NCBI GenBank assembly: GCA_028534125.1
Contig: CM052818.1
Coordinates: 33,606,001 to 33,670,000, forward strand
Source of the DNA: Lama glama
Lineage: Eukaryota
Length of the DNA: 64,000 nucleotides
Direction: 5' to 3'
Part shown: in pieces, positions 39,680 through 52,994 of the stretch
How the letters are laid out: each line of letters starts with the position of its first letter
How positions within the stretch are numbered: position 1 is the stretch's first letter
Notes under the pieces: generated by a model
Seen by the model: the letters and a program-made list of their open reading frames with translations, nothing else
What the model was told of the DNA's origin: nothing
Database searches by the model: none
Made by a program: the position numbers and the translations under genes

Positions 39680-42600
39680 AAAAAGGTGACCTGAAGGTCC
39701 TGTGCAGCTTTTTGATACACATGGCTGCTTCATTACCCCAAAAGGCTTGGTACACACTAGGTGCTCAGAAAGTATTCATTGAATACTGTGAATGTGTGAA
39801 GATGTAGGAGTACATGAAGATGACACAGGGGCCACTGAAGCCTCTGTCAACCCATCCCTAATTGGCTGTCCCATGGGGACCAGACCAAGAACCAATCCAG
39901 GAGCTGTCTTAGTCTCAGGCTCTTTTCCCCTGAGAGACATGCCAATCCTTAGCATTCACCCGAGTAGCACTAAGACTGGTCAGAACCGGGAACAAGGTTG
40001 TATATTCTGGAGCCCCTCCAGGGAGCAGTGGCAACAGCCTGGATTCCAGTGCCCACTGCAGCCCCCTCTGGCCTTTGCTCCAGAAAGCTCGCCAAGAAGC
40101 AGAGTCTGGCCAGTTGTGGGAGGTGCTGTTCTCCTTCACTTCCAGGATTAGCTCAGACCTTAAAAATCGCAGCCTGGCGCCTGCTCTTCTCATGACAAGG
40201 AAAACAGTAGATGTCAGAAGCCTCCTTAGGTATCTGGAAGAGAACAGCTCCTTCTGCTCCCTCCCTTCCTTGTATGAGGTCATCGACTCAGGATGACAAA
40301 GCAAACAGTGACGTGTTGGGACTTGTTCCCAGACTGATTCCAAGATTTCTCCAAAAACCTTCCCCATCCTCAGAATGGCAGACCCAGGTGTGGACAATAA
40401 ACTGAACTGGACTCAGTCCTTGGGATCTGGGAAATGGACACTAGCTTGGAAGGCATCCTCTGGGGTGGTAAAAAAGAGGTCCTGCATAGACCTTGGTAAA
40501 ACCTGGAATCATGAAATTAGCACCACCGGATCCTTGCACAGAGCTTTTCCAGGCTGCAGCATGCTTTCATTTATCCTCATTTGAGTTAAGGAGGGCAAGA
40601 ATTATTTTCTGACTTAGAAGATGAGAAAACTGAGACTTACTGAAGGTCAGTGACTTAATCAGGATTACATGGCTTAAGGGTCACAGGGCCAGACTTGAAA
40701 TTAGTTTTGTGATTCTGGTTACAACATCTTCCCACCTCACCACAGTTCCTTGAACTTCACTCACTGTATACCTGCTTCACACTTTGGGTCCTGTTGCATC
40801 TCACCACACTGTTATTTACTTAATGTTTTTCCCTAAATAAACTCACTTTAAAAATTGACCTCATTCTAATATATAACTACATAACAATATGTATGTGTGT
40901 ATTTGTATACATAATAACATGTCTATTTATGTGTAACTGCTAAAATTAAGCATTTTCATCCTCCTCCCCTAAAGTCAACTCTCATAACGCCAGGGATACT
41001 AGAGCACACTTTGGGAAACTGTCCAACTGTCCTCCACCCTCCCTGCATTACTAACCATGGACCTTCACAGGCTGGCAGCCAAGTGGCTGCCCTTGTTGAA
41101 ATGCTCAGCCAGTAGGATCACTCAGGGCCACCACTGTCGTTGTTAGGGCTGTGCCTCCAAATCACAGAATTACTGAATCAGGGAGGGTAAGAGAGAGATC
41201 ATGGAACCCAACTCCTAAGGGGCAGAGCCTCAGACAACACTCCCACTCACAGTCCTAAAGATTAAGGGGGCACCACTCAGAGACAAAAAGAGGAAGCAGG
41301 TGTAGTGTTTGCTCTTGAAACTGACAAAACTTACAACAAACAACTGAAAACTAGAAGGAAGAAGCAAAGGATCTGGAATCGGAGAAACTTTAGGCGGTTC
41401 CACTATGATCTTGGCATTGGCATGCCTTTGGACAAGTCACTTCATGTTTCTGGGCCTCAGTTTCCCTAAACAAAGGTGATAATATCTCTTCTTTTTACCT
41501 TTTAAAACTGACTGGAAGTTCGGATTTTCAAAATGAGTGTGATATATCAAAATATTAAGTACACCTTTATTATATACAATTTTGTCAATTATTCCTCAAT
41601 AAAGATGGGAAGTGAGGGGAGGGATAGTGAAAAAATCCTCTGTAATAGACTGTAAGTAATGAATAGGCAATGCCCAAACTCCTCTATAGAATATTTGCAT
41701 TACGACTGGAGAATGACTTTCTCCAGGGGAAACTAAGCACTAGAAACAACAGGCTGGGAAGAGATTTGGGGAGCACCATCTGGTCCTTACCAGACCTAAT
41801 TTGCTGCTTCCAGGTCTTTGCCTGCAAAGACGCTGGTCACCTGAATCGCCTGCTGCCCTGAACTCCTTCAGAATCCTGCTTTTCTTCACTGATTCTTACT
41901 ATCTTCTGCTTTGAAACATTTGTCATCTAAAAGGCCCCACTTGCAAGTTGCTGCATAGTGATAGGTCTTTACTGCCCTCTTGTGGCCATTCTCTGTCACA
42001 GCTGCATTGACTTGAAGGGGTGTGCGTGACAGTCTGAGGAAACCACAGCCAACCCTCAAGATCAAGATTTTCCAGGGCCAGCAGAGGACTTAAAGCCCAA
42101 ATTAAAGCCAGCTGCTGAAGTCTGGAGCTCCTTGACGGGAAGAGGTAGTTCTGCCTGATTTTGCCCCAAATAGGACAGGAACCCAGGCTTCTATCTGCAT
42201 TAACCCTGCTAAAATGGTTAGTTCCTAGATTGTCCAGCTCGTCTGGAATAAGTTCTGGAGATGAAAGCAGCTCTAAGGTCCCTTCTCTGCCCAGAAAACC
42301 CAAAGGTAGGGAGGGCCAGGATTAGAAGCTGACCTCTAACCCTGACTCATGTAAAGCAACAGTTAGGTGAGCACCTATTTTGTGAACTAGTAGGTGCCAC
42401 GGGGTGCAGGTGGGGTATAAAATAAGATAGTGTCTGTCCCCAACTCATAATGTTCATAAACATAAATAAACCAAGCATACATATAATTAACAGGTATCAG
42501 GCCATCTGAGCAAGGGTTACCACAAAAGTAGAAATAAAGTGCTGTAGAGCTGGTGGGGAATGAGAGATTAGTGACATCCAGGGGATCAGGGTTTCCTGAA

Positions 42601-44289
42601 GATAGTGAGACTCAAGCTGAACTTTAAAAAAATGGGTAGAATCTTCCCAGCAGACAGACATGGGCAAGGAAGACCACAATGACACTAATAACAACTACAT
42701 TTTGGGGAGTGGATTATGTGTGAAGCATGGCTAAAGGTTTTAATAGATAGCTCCACGATACTATGAGTTAGCTATTATGTTGTCTGTTAAATAGACAAGG
42801 AAACCGAGGCTCAAGGCCATGTACAGCAAGGTTTGATGGAACATATAGGAAGAAGTAAAAGAAAAAGTTGTGTTTGGGGCAAATAATCTATTACCAGAAT
42901 ATCGGGTACACTTGGTCAAGTGGCAGAAAGGCACAAGGGCAGATGGGGATGAGTTATGATGATCCAAAAGTACAGGAACCCTATGATAAGGGATTTTTAA
43001 AGCCTCGAATGAATTTGGATAATGGAGAATCTTTTGAGATTTCAGAGCAAAGGGTTCTGCTCAGTGATCATTTCAGGATAACCCAGATGTGTGGAGGAGA
43101 GCTTGATGAGGCAGGGACAAGAGGGTGGGAGGTGTGTGAGGAGTCAAGAGGCAAGGGGAGCTTGGGTCAGGGCAGTGGGCAATGTAGAGGAATGAATCCT
43201 AAAACCTCTACATGGAGAAACTGTTAAGACTGACTTGGGGGACGAAGAAGGTGGAGCTACCCTCCGTGGAAACCACTGTCCCCTCATCACATGCTGAATC
43301 CTCAAACCTGTCACCAATGCCAGGTCCTCCTGGGGAAGAAAGACTTCTGGTCTCACATGGAATAGAAGTCTCAGTCCTATCCAGGCTGTGGTTGTGCTAA
43401 GCCTCTAAAATCAAAGCCAGGCAAAGCCTACTCAGATTGCCGAGAAGAAACCTTGAAAATGGTTCTCTGCCCACAACAAGTGAGGAACCTCAGGATCAAA
43501 GAGCAGCCTGTCACAAGAACACATCATACCAGTTTGATGCTGTGACCCACCCTTCAAAGGTTAAGGAGACTTATATGTCATTTCCCAGCAATTCGTCAAG
43601 CCTGGTTTGGTCTAGGCTGTTTGGTCAAACAGGGTTGAACCAAACCTTGTATGGGAACTCAGCCCCACCAGGGGTTTGGATTCCTGCTTTTGACTGCCAC
43701 AGGGCTGGCAGGCTTCCTTCTGGCTCCTACACTCAGGAAGCCGTCCACAGCTGCTGGTCACTTGTCACACCCTATCCGGGAGGTGGCAGTATTTCAATGG
43801 TAAAGCAACACATCCCCAGGCTGTGGCTAATAGCTTCAAAGTTTGATGAGAATTGTGTCATATTTCCCAAAGAGCTAACTCCATCCAGTTCCAGTGAAGT
43901 AGTGATGGGTAAAGGCTTGGGCGACAAGGAGACAATGGGACTTCATACTTCCTCTCCTAGATCGGGACAATTCCGGGAAAAATATTTATAGCAGGCACTC
44001 AACACTTACTACATATACCAGGCACCGTGAAAAATCCTTAGAAATTTCCTAAAGCAGTCAAAGAGATTTGTTTTAATGTTAAATACATACTCCTGACCTT
44101 TTCTTTCCAGAATGCTGCTCACTGTGGCACTTACTTTACTTTTCCCCGAATAAATGAGTACCCATAGCCAAGAAAAACTTTGTTCCCAATACCAAAGATA
44201 TGAAGGCCAGCTGTCTAAGACAGAGGTCTACCTGCAAAATTCCTGCCTGCCACTTGGTCTTTAAGCTCACCTGACTCAGATTCACCCAG

Positions 44290-44780
44290 TAGAAGACTGA
44301 AACCTTTCTCGGGCCCTCTTCTGAGATCCAGACCTCTGTATCTAACTGCTTTCTGGACATCTTTACTTAGATGTCTTGGAGTTCATTAAGTTCAACTTGT
44401 CCAAATGGACAATTTCTCCTCCTCCAGCGTCCTCTCATCTCGGCAAATGATGCCATTCCCCTATTCAGATGTATAAGCCAGCCAACTGGGAAATCACCCT
44501 TCAGCCTTCCTTCCCCATCACTCCCAGACAATCCATCACTTGACCTTAGCCATTCTACTTGTTAAAATATTGCAGGGACCTCTTTCTGTCTTTGCATCTC
44601 AATCTCCACTTAGTTCAAGCTGCCATCATCTTTCACCTGGACTTTTGCAGCAAACTTCTGACTGGTCTTCCTGCATCCTCTCACCCTCTTTCATCCTTCC
44701 TCCGCACTGTAGCTTGAGTGTTCCTTTAAAGACGCAAATCTGACCGTTTCACCATCACTAACACCCCTGTGGCTTCCCAT
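44290..44780 (+). mobile_element. L2 LINE fragment
   Basis: ccagacctctgtatctaactgctttctggacatctttacttagatgtc. Confidence 0.7.
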
Positions 44781-45092
44781 TGCTCTTTAAATATGGAGGC
44801 AGATATGATACAGAATTCCTGGGAGGCCAGGAGAGCTGTCCGGGCACACCTTGCTTACAATTAACCAGTTGTGTTCTTGCTGTAACAATGTTTTCTGTAA
44901 TGACTAATAACTTTCCTTTTGTTTCTGTGAAAAGGAGAATGGATCACTTTGATCTCTGGTAACCACAAAACTACAACCCATATAGTTCACAAGGGGATAA
45001 TTAGCCCTTTGAATAGAAACTTTTCAAATATCTTAAAGATGTTGTAAGGAATATCTTGTGCCAGATGAGACACTGAAGATGAATTACCCTAG

Positions 45093-45280
45093 AGCTGGGG
45101 TTAGGCCTGCCACCTGTTTTTATCAGTAGATATTTACTGGAACACAGTTACACTCATTCATTTGTGTATTGTCTCTGCCGTCTGTACCTTAGCAGAGTTG
45201 AGTAGTTGTGACAGATTGTGTGGCTTGCAGAACCTAAAATACCTGGCCGTCATTAGGAAAGTTTGGCTGACTCTGCTCTA
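45093..45280. mobile_element. MER58A-like hAT-Charlie element
   Basis: tactggaacacagttacactcattcattt...gcagagttgagtagttgtgacaga...aaagtttggctgactctg. Confidence 0.75.
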
Positions 45281-45450
45281 CAGGTTCTCCACTATGGGCT
45301 GCACGTTAAAATCACCTGGAGTGCTTTTAAAAGGGATCACCTCAGAGATTCTGACTAAATTAATCTGACGTGGATCCAAGCATTACAATTAAAAACTTTA
45401 AAAATTTCCCTAAGTGATTCTAATATGCAGCTACAGTGGAGAATCGCTGA
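45281..45450. mobile_element. MER5-like element
   Basis: ggctgcacgttaaaatcacctggag...gtgattctaatatgcagc...gagaatcgctg. Confidence 0.7.
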
Positions 45451-47049
45451 TCTAATCCAGTCTCCTCTCTCACAGACAAGAAGTCAGCCCAGATGTCAGG
45501 ACTTATCTCCTTTTTGTAATGAATAACAACTACCATATCTACAAAGCCCCGTGAAGCACACCCATCGACATGATCTCATTCGATCCTGGAACAAATCTGA
45601 GGTTCAAAGAGCAGGAAGCATTACTGTCCCTGCTTCACACATGACAGAACTGAGGCTCAGGGAATTTAAGTCATGTCCCCAAAGTCCTATTTAGCAAAGG
45701 GAAGCTGAGACTCATGTGCAGGTCTTTTGAATCAAGTGCACTGACCACTAACGTTAATTGTACAAGCTACACATTTATATTTTATTTTGGCCTCTGGAGT
45801 CCTTTTTGCCTTCAGGGTCTCTAGACACAGGACCAAACCCACTGCTCTCAGAACATTTAGAAACCTACCTCCCTAAAGCAGACTACGCTCTGTGGAGCTT
45901 CTAGGACTCCTCAGGGTCCTTGTGAGTGTGGAATGAGGAGGAAGGGATTGTATGCATGAAGGTTTGTGTGTGCAGATCCAATCCCTGTGCCCTCATTTCA
46001 ACCAGAGCAGGCATATTTTTAACCTGTTCTAATATTAGGATCCCGTATACAGTTTTGTTTGAATAAAGAGTTTCACCTTTGAAGACCACTGATCTGGCTC
46101 AGACCTTTATCCACTGTTTTGAACCAAGATAGCACGGTCACTCTGCTGCCAAATTGCTGTCACTTTTTACATCGTCAACAAGTTCTTCCTGTTGGTCTAA
46201 GTGACGTGCAAATTAACAGTCTCATAATACCAATACTGGTACTGTTTTTTGAGAAATGAAAGACTTATTTTTAACAGACCAGACATCGGTCAGGGTAACT
46301 GAAGCTCCTCACTGCTGCTTCCTGCCCACCTCATGCATCCAGCATAATCCATCCTGGGAAGGCACCATCCTCATCCAGTCTCTCTTGCTGGGCCACAGCC
46401 TTCCTCCTCCCTGCTCACTTTGTCTGCCTCCAGCCCAGTCCTCAGGCTCTCCACCCTGCTTCCACTCTTAGGCTTTCCTTTCCTGTGAAAGTGAGGCACT
46501 AATGATGGGGAGAGGGGAGTGCGGGTTGGGAATAAGACATATTCTTGCATTTCTCCATATTTCCAGAGAGGAAGGAACTTTTATTTCCCTCTCTACAGAG
46601 GTGAGAAGCCCCACAGTGGGCAAAACACATTCAGTTTTTCACTCTATGACCTTATTTGCACCTTTCCACTGGAGGAGTGACTAACCTGATTGGTCAGAGT
46701 CCAGGATATTCAAAAGACTGACTTTTTTCTATCAGGATTGGTACCTGACAGCATGAGATGTGCTATGGTCTGACCTGTCTCCTGATAAGTCAGGGTCTGT
46801 TCTCAAACCTGGCAAAAGGATTACAGTGGGAGGGAGTAGGAGGCCCCACTGTGTATCTATTTGTAGTTCCAAGAATGACAGGGACACCCAGGGTCACATC
46901 CATGGCATGGCCTCATCTTTCAACACTTATTTGAGGAGAAAACTATCAGTGAATCTTAAGAGTCTAACTGCCAGAAGCACCCTATTGCTCAGGAAAAGTA
47001 TAGTCCCTAAAGCTTAAGAAAGACATTGTGGCCTTAAATAAACATGAGA

Positions 47050-47338
47050 CACCTTCACCTTCTTATTTTAATAGAGCCTTGTCTCTCATGTTACTAACTC
47101 TCAAAAAATATGGTTCCTTTTTACATACATACACAAACACTTTTAAACATAAATACCAAATTCAAGAGAATCAGATAGGCAGATAAATTTAGGAAGCCAA
47201 GATCACAGAAGAAAAGGCCAGTCACCATATTTTACAAATGATCACCTGAACTCCTTCTCTGGACATTCAACTTGATGTATTATTCAAATATCCCATGTCA
47301 CATGGTCCACCAGGTCTTCCTTTGGGATTTGGAAGCAA
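47050..47338 (-). other. SLC4A1AP: SLC4A1AP 3' UTR (3' end approximate)
   Basis: Sequence between the stop codon and the ATTAAA signal. Confidence 0.7.
47067..47072 (-). terminator. Probable polyadenylation signal ATTAAA of SLC4A1AP
   Basis: tttaat on plus strand, about 270 nt after the stop codon. Confidence 0.65.
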
Positions 47339-47388
47339 TCAATAGCCATATTTGTCATTAAGATGGGTCCTGCCATCTCCACTTTGGC
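47339..47388 (-). CDS. SLC4A1AP: SLC4A1AP last coding exon (GQSGDGRTHLNDKYGY*)
   Basis: Acceptor ctgatctag; TGA stop at 47339-47341; matches the recalled kanadaptin C-terminus. Confidence 0.96.
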
Positions 47389-48716
47389 CTAGATCAGAGT
47401 GAAAAGACAGACAGACATTCACATTTCCAAGTCAGGAGGGAGGAGATATTCAGACATCAGTGGACCAAAAGGTAAAAGACTTTCTGTGTACAACTTCAAA
47501 ATACAGTCCTCTTTTTACCTCTACCCTAATACTTATTAGCATATAAAAAGCAAACATTTCTAGTAACTAAATTTCTATTGACAATTAGTATATTAGAAAC
47601 CCAATCCATAGAAAAAGCAACCTGTGATGAGCATATGGAGAAAGAAGCATCTTATACATTGCCTTAATGGTGTATGTAGGAACATAAACTAGTATAATCC
47701 CTACAGAATGCAATTTATAGTATCTTAAGAAAGTTTGTATCTTTTGATCCAGTTTGTTAACTTTTATGAATTTTTTTCTACAAGTGCACCTACCTCTACA
47801 CTTGCAAAATTACATATTAGAGGATACTTACTGCAGACTTGCAAAAGACTGGAAACACAGTAAACATTTATTGAGGGAACTGATTAAATAAGTAAGATAG
47901 ATATATCTATACTATAAAAAAGAACTATGCTACCATTAAAAAAAAAAGAAATCTATAAGTAGCTATGGAAAGATTTCCATATAGTATTAAGTGCAAAACA
48001 GTAAGGTATAGAATATGCTTCCATTTGTGTAAAAAGAGCGGTGAAATATTATGTATTTTATGGCTTTCATAGGCATTGTACATAATACATATAAGAAATT
48101 ATAAGGAACTAATATTTGGTTGTCTTTCGAGAAAAAACTGAGCAGCTAAAGAACAGTCAGAAGTTTTTTCTTTTTCACTTAACTGTAAATTTAAAATACA
48201 TGCAAAAGTGAAGAGCAAAACATAACGAACCTCCATGTACCCAGCACCCAGCTTTATCAATGTGTGGCAAATCCTGCTTCATCTATTATCCCTCCCCTCC
48301 TTCATCCTCCAGCACTGGATTATTTTAAGCCAAATCTCAGACATCATTCCATCTGTGAACATGTCTGTACATATTCCTAGAGATAAGAACTTTTTCTAAA
48401 AAACATAACTCAACATCACTCACATTTTTAAAAAATTAACAATAGTTTCTTAGTATCATCAAATAACCAGCCAGCCTTCAAAATTATCTGACTGGCTTGT
48501 AATTTTTTTAATACTTGTTTGGTTGAATAAGGATCCAAACAGAATCCACAAATTATATTTGGTTGATATGGCTCTTTGTATCTTTTAATCTACCTGGTCC
48601 TCCAGAAGGGAGACTTTTCCACTACATACTCTTGTAAATTTCTTATTTTAAACCTTAAATATATTACCTATTCAGAAACCTAATCTTAGAGGAAAAGAAA
48701 AGTAAAAAGATTCTAC

Positions 48717-48786
48717 CTTCAGGTGGGACCCACACACAGTAATCTGGGTCATCTTCTGGATATTTTGAGGAAAGTGTTGGCAGAAA
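48717..48786 (-). CDS. SLC4A1AP: SLC4A1AP exon (FLPTLSSKYPEDDPDYCVWVPPE-G)
   Basis: 70 nt; acceptor ttttctttgtag, donor AAG|GTAGAA; conserved kanadaptin C-terminal motif. Confidence 0.95.
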
Positions 48787-49094
48787 CTACAAAGAAAAGT
48801 AGGTTATTTAATTCAAAAGAATTTTAACTCTTAAGAATTATTGTCCCTATCCCTATTAGCAAATAAAAATTAAGAGAGAACAGTTTCCATTAATGATTTT
48901 GACATAAAGTAACCCAAAAATGGGGGAGCATTCATTCTTCGAACTTTGATTTTTTTCCAAAAAGTCTCAACAAGCTGATTTTCAGCCAGTAAGACTGAAA
49001 TGATCGTTTTTTAAAAGGGCAGTCAACACAGGTATGAGTTCTAAATGATACAACCCACACAGAGGAAAATGTGACATTTGCCTTCTGATCCAGG

Positions 49095-49215
49095 TGCAGA
49101 AAAGAGTTAACGTAGCAAGCCTGCCTGCTATCCTTTGAAAGGCCTCTTTGCAAGGTTGGCCCTTAGCTGGCATCTCGAAACCTGGACTTTGGGAGGGTTC
49201 CCATTACTCTGACAA
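49095..49215 (+). mobile_element. LTR 5' fragment (MER21-like) in SLC4A1AP intron
   Basis: tgcagaaaagagttaacgtagcaagcctg...ttgcaaggttggcccttagctggcatct resembles the recalled MER21 start. Confidence 0.55.
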
Positions 49216-49342
49216 GAGATTTCTAGCAGAGGGGGTAGAAGGCAGCTGAGAACTCTGCCAGGACAATCCCTCTTTCAGAAGAGGTCCACGACAAGGGGAT
49301 TCATTTTTACCTCCAGAGAAGTGAAGATTATGAGGTACTTAC

Positions 49343-49410
49343 TTTGCCGGGGCCAGGAGCTTTCTTTTTCTTTAATTCATCTCTGCTTTTCTCATTTTCA
49401 TTCTTTGATG
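49343..49410 (-). CDS. SLC4A1AP: SLC4A1AP exon (ASKNENEKSRDELKKKKAPGPGK)
   Basis: 68 nt; AG acceptor, donor AAA|GTAAGT. Confidence 0.93.
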
Positions 49411-50089
49411 CTAATTTATGAAAAAGAAAATAAAGAGGTGATAGCTATTTCAGAAAAATAAAACAGAAGAGAAAAATTCCTGAGAGCATTATAATTATTG
49501 AAGAAAACATGCCACAATCTAATTCTCAAAAATTCCTTCTACTGTTAAGAAGACTATATAAAGAGAACTGTCCCTTTATTAATAACCTTAGTTTTCAGAT
49601 CCTATGCTTGAATTTAATCACACCTTTTGAAAAGGTAAAGGAAAATGGGGCTGATTTTACTACTTTACAATTTAACCATTATAGTTAAAAGCAATAGAAA
49701 ACCAGAGAAAAAAAAAACAGTCCTTTTAATAGGCCAAACTTTCAGCCAATTTATTTCAATAGTGCTGGAATCACGCCCATGATAGGCACATATTCAACTC
49801 CAAGAGACATAAAACTGTGGAGGGCTTTGCACGGACAGAGGGAAGCATGCAGGCATTAGGTGCTTTGTGGGTAAGGGAGTGGGGAAGCCCAGGGAAGAGG
49901 CTGAGGAGGAAAGGAAAGGTACACGTGCTGGCACCACACATGAACCTCTCAAATATTCCATCTTTGCCCACAGCCCTGGCAGCGGCATCCACCCTGTGTC
50001 TGTGCCCCTCAGGGCGCTGCCACCCCTCCTCCCTGACACCAGCCGGCTGCCTGCTTGCGGAGCAGCATCCAGGTCCCTGTGCTACTTGC

Positions 50090-50176
50090 CTGAGGGCTCC
50101 TCACGTGATGCAGCTGTTTCACTGATCTCTTGATAATCTTTATTTTGTTTCACTTGGCTGAGTTGAGACATGTTTT
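50090..50176 (-). CDS. SLC4A1AP: SLC4A1AP exon (ENMSQLSQVKQNKDYQEISETAASREEPS)
   Basis: 87 nt; acceptor gcattttatag; end placed at CAG|GCAAGT by alignment with the recalled human protein; an in-frame GT donor 15 nt earlier is also possible. Confidence 0.85.
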
Positions 50177-51965
50177 CTATAAAATGCAGAACCAAAGCAT
50201 ATTGTATTACTTAATTCGTGGTGGGGAACCAAGAAAACAAAAACAAAAGCAAGAAAAGCTAAGTACATACGTAATCATCCAGTTTTACCATCATTAGCTT
50301 CAACTAACCTTAACTAGGTTTTCAATAAATACGCCTCCAGATGTCTAACAGAGAACCGCCAATTGTCCAGCTTAAAAACTGGCCAACTCTTGAGGTAAAA
50401 CTTTTCAGTGATACTTACCAAAAGCTTTAAAAATGTACATATTCCTTGGCCTAAAAATTATACTTCTAGGAACATAGTCAAAGAAAATAATCAGAGGTGA
50501 GCACCAAGATTTATTATATACAAATATGTTAATAACAGCAAAAATTAACAAATAACTTACATGCACAATAAGATGGAGTTGATTAAATTGATTAAGGCAC
50601 ATGCATCTGATGGGACACTTTGCCTCTTATTAAAATCACATTTTAAAAGAATATTTTAAGGCATAGAAAAAAATAGATTATAAAATAGCATGTACAATAC
50701 AATCCCAATGTTTAAAAAAAAAAAAGGCCTGGAGTAATCCTTAATCAGCTGCAGATATACTAATTCAAGTATCTGATAAACCAAATTTTAAAATCTGCTG
50801 TTTTTACACACACATATTTACTTTGGTCACCTAAACAAACAAACAAAAGAACCCTACAATACTTAGTGCTCCCCTAACATGCTGACTGTTTATATATACC
50901 CCTCACAATGTATGGATCAAAGACCACTCAGAAAGAAGTATGTATAAGCACCTTTTTTTGAAAAAGCCAAGCATCGTGCCAATAACTAAACAAAGGAAAA
51001 TGCAAAAACAAAAGATTTACTTCTCACAGATGAGGAAACAGTAACTTTTCTATTTCTCAAACAACTGAAGGTGAGTCAAGAGGTCTGCATAGAAGGCCTG
51101 CTGTTTTTACGTGGACAGGCCAGCTTTGTTTTGGAAGCCCACATGCACACATTCCCACATGATTTAATGCCAGTGTTTTTTTGTTTCTCCTCCAGCTCCC
51201 TATTTTCTGTGCAGTCTTAAACTTAATAAGCAGTTTGGCTAACCTGCAGGAAAATAACTCCTGCAGTAAACAAGGGTTAAAAATGTACTAAAAAGATAAA
51301 AACAGTTATCTCTGGGGGCGAGATTGTAGGAGATTCCTCTTTTCTTCCTTGGACTTTTATGTATGATTCAAAGTTTCTAAAATGAACATATAATCCTTTT
51401 ATAATCAGAAGAAAATACATTCAAAAAAACAATCAATTTCCTCTTTCACATTTTTCATCAACCTTTTGCTAAGGTGGGTAATACTACATGCCAGGTTCTC
51501 TGCTAGGTACTATGGGCAAAAAAATGAATACGCATGATGCTTCCTGAGAATTATGTCCAGTGGGTACCATTATTTTTAGCCTCTGTTTAAGAGATGGGGG
51601 GAAATGAGTAAGGGGAGGCTTATCCTAAGACCACCTGATCAGGCCTCGTCACCCGCCCTATTCTACTGCCCTCCAATCATACAGTGACAACAGCTCAGGA
51701 CTGTTCTGCAGCAGCTATGGTTTCAGATTCCACAGCTTTCAATTTTCTATAATCCTGGAATACACTGGAAGTACTTGCCCTTATTCTGCAATAAGGATAA
51801 ATGATGACCTGCAACCAAAGAAAGACCAAGAAAGTATGTTTCCCCAGAGTCAGCTATATCACATATCACAAAGTATCACAAGGTCAAAAAGCACAGGCAA
51901 GAATTGGCTTTGCTTTTTCAAACCTACGTACAACAAATGAACAGGAAGGAGAAGGAAGACATTAC

Positions 51966-52200
51966 CAAGGTTTTTTGTTTCTTTAGAACTTGAGGAGTCT
52001 GTGGTGGGGCTCGTGTCCTGCACTGCTCCTTCTGGCTCTGTCTCCTGCAGTAGCCTACTGCCTCCAGCTTCCATTTTCTTCTTTTCATGCTCCTCCTCTT
52101 CCTTCTCCTCTTCCTCCTCCTCTTCCTCCTCTTCTACTTCAGGCTCATCCTTCATTCTCATTAGAGCTGGGGGTAGTTCTGGACGCTTGGGGGGTAACTT
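51966..52200 (-). CDS. SLC4A1AP: SLC4A1AP exon with poly-Glu tract (KLPPKRPELPPALMRMKDEPEVEEEEEEEEEEKEEEEHEKKK...KETKNL)
   Basis: 235 nt; acceptor ctgtcatag, donor TTG|GTAATG; overlaps ORF 51859..52161. Confidence 0.93.
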
Positions 52201-52994
52201 CTATGACAGAAACAAAACTATGAACAAGTAGTTCTACATTACAGCAGAGACAAATCTCTTCAAGGGGGTTAAGCTAAACGAGCACAATGTCTAACTGCTC
52301 TGTGCTGACAGAGCCCACCCAAGTCTGCTGGAAGGACTTTCACATGAAACTGTATCCATCTATGGACCCTTTAGAAGTATCTTTATTAGTTTCTAGGGTC
52401 AAAAGAATAGTAAGCACAAAACACTTGAAACAGCTTGTAGGGAACAAAAACATGTATTCCAGGACCACTTATTGAGTACCAACTGCAGGAATTCTGTCCC
52501 ATTACCCCTCATGATGTTAAAGGATCTTAATTCATTATAAAATCTTCTAGGGAGTAAATGAGACACGCATTTCTAAAAAATAAATCATTTGTGCAGCTTT
52601 TTCATTTTAGATTTAACATAATTTCAAGGAAACAAGATATGTAAATCAATAAAACAGATCCTGAAGAAAAAGAAGAAATTTCTTGAATAAGGCCAAATAT
52701 TCTAATCAAGACCTTTTAATAAAAGTATTAGAAAAAGCTGATCACAGCTTAAAGAATATAAAGAAGGCCAAAGTATAAGTTGGGTATATCACTTTTTAAA
52801 TACAGGATTTAGCTCCATAATCCTAAGGAAAGCCTTTTAGTGAAGAATTTTTCTTCTAACTAAAACATAAGTAACCTCTCTCCCCAACTTCACAGAAGAG
52901 CCTCCATCACAGGTAAACCACATAGTTCTCACTGAGAACACATGGCTGGGACTTCAGATCTCTGTCACCAAAGGACAGTTTACCATAATTCAAA

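Noticed and set aside
39915..40397. Overlapping 119-160 aa ORFs on both strands
   Set aside because: No recognisable protein; the possible plus-strand acceptor near 40146 has only a weak donor.
43437..43991. 184-aa plus-strand ORF
   Set aside because: Non-ATG start; no recognisable family or supporting exon signals.
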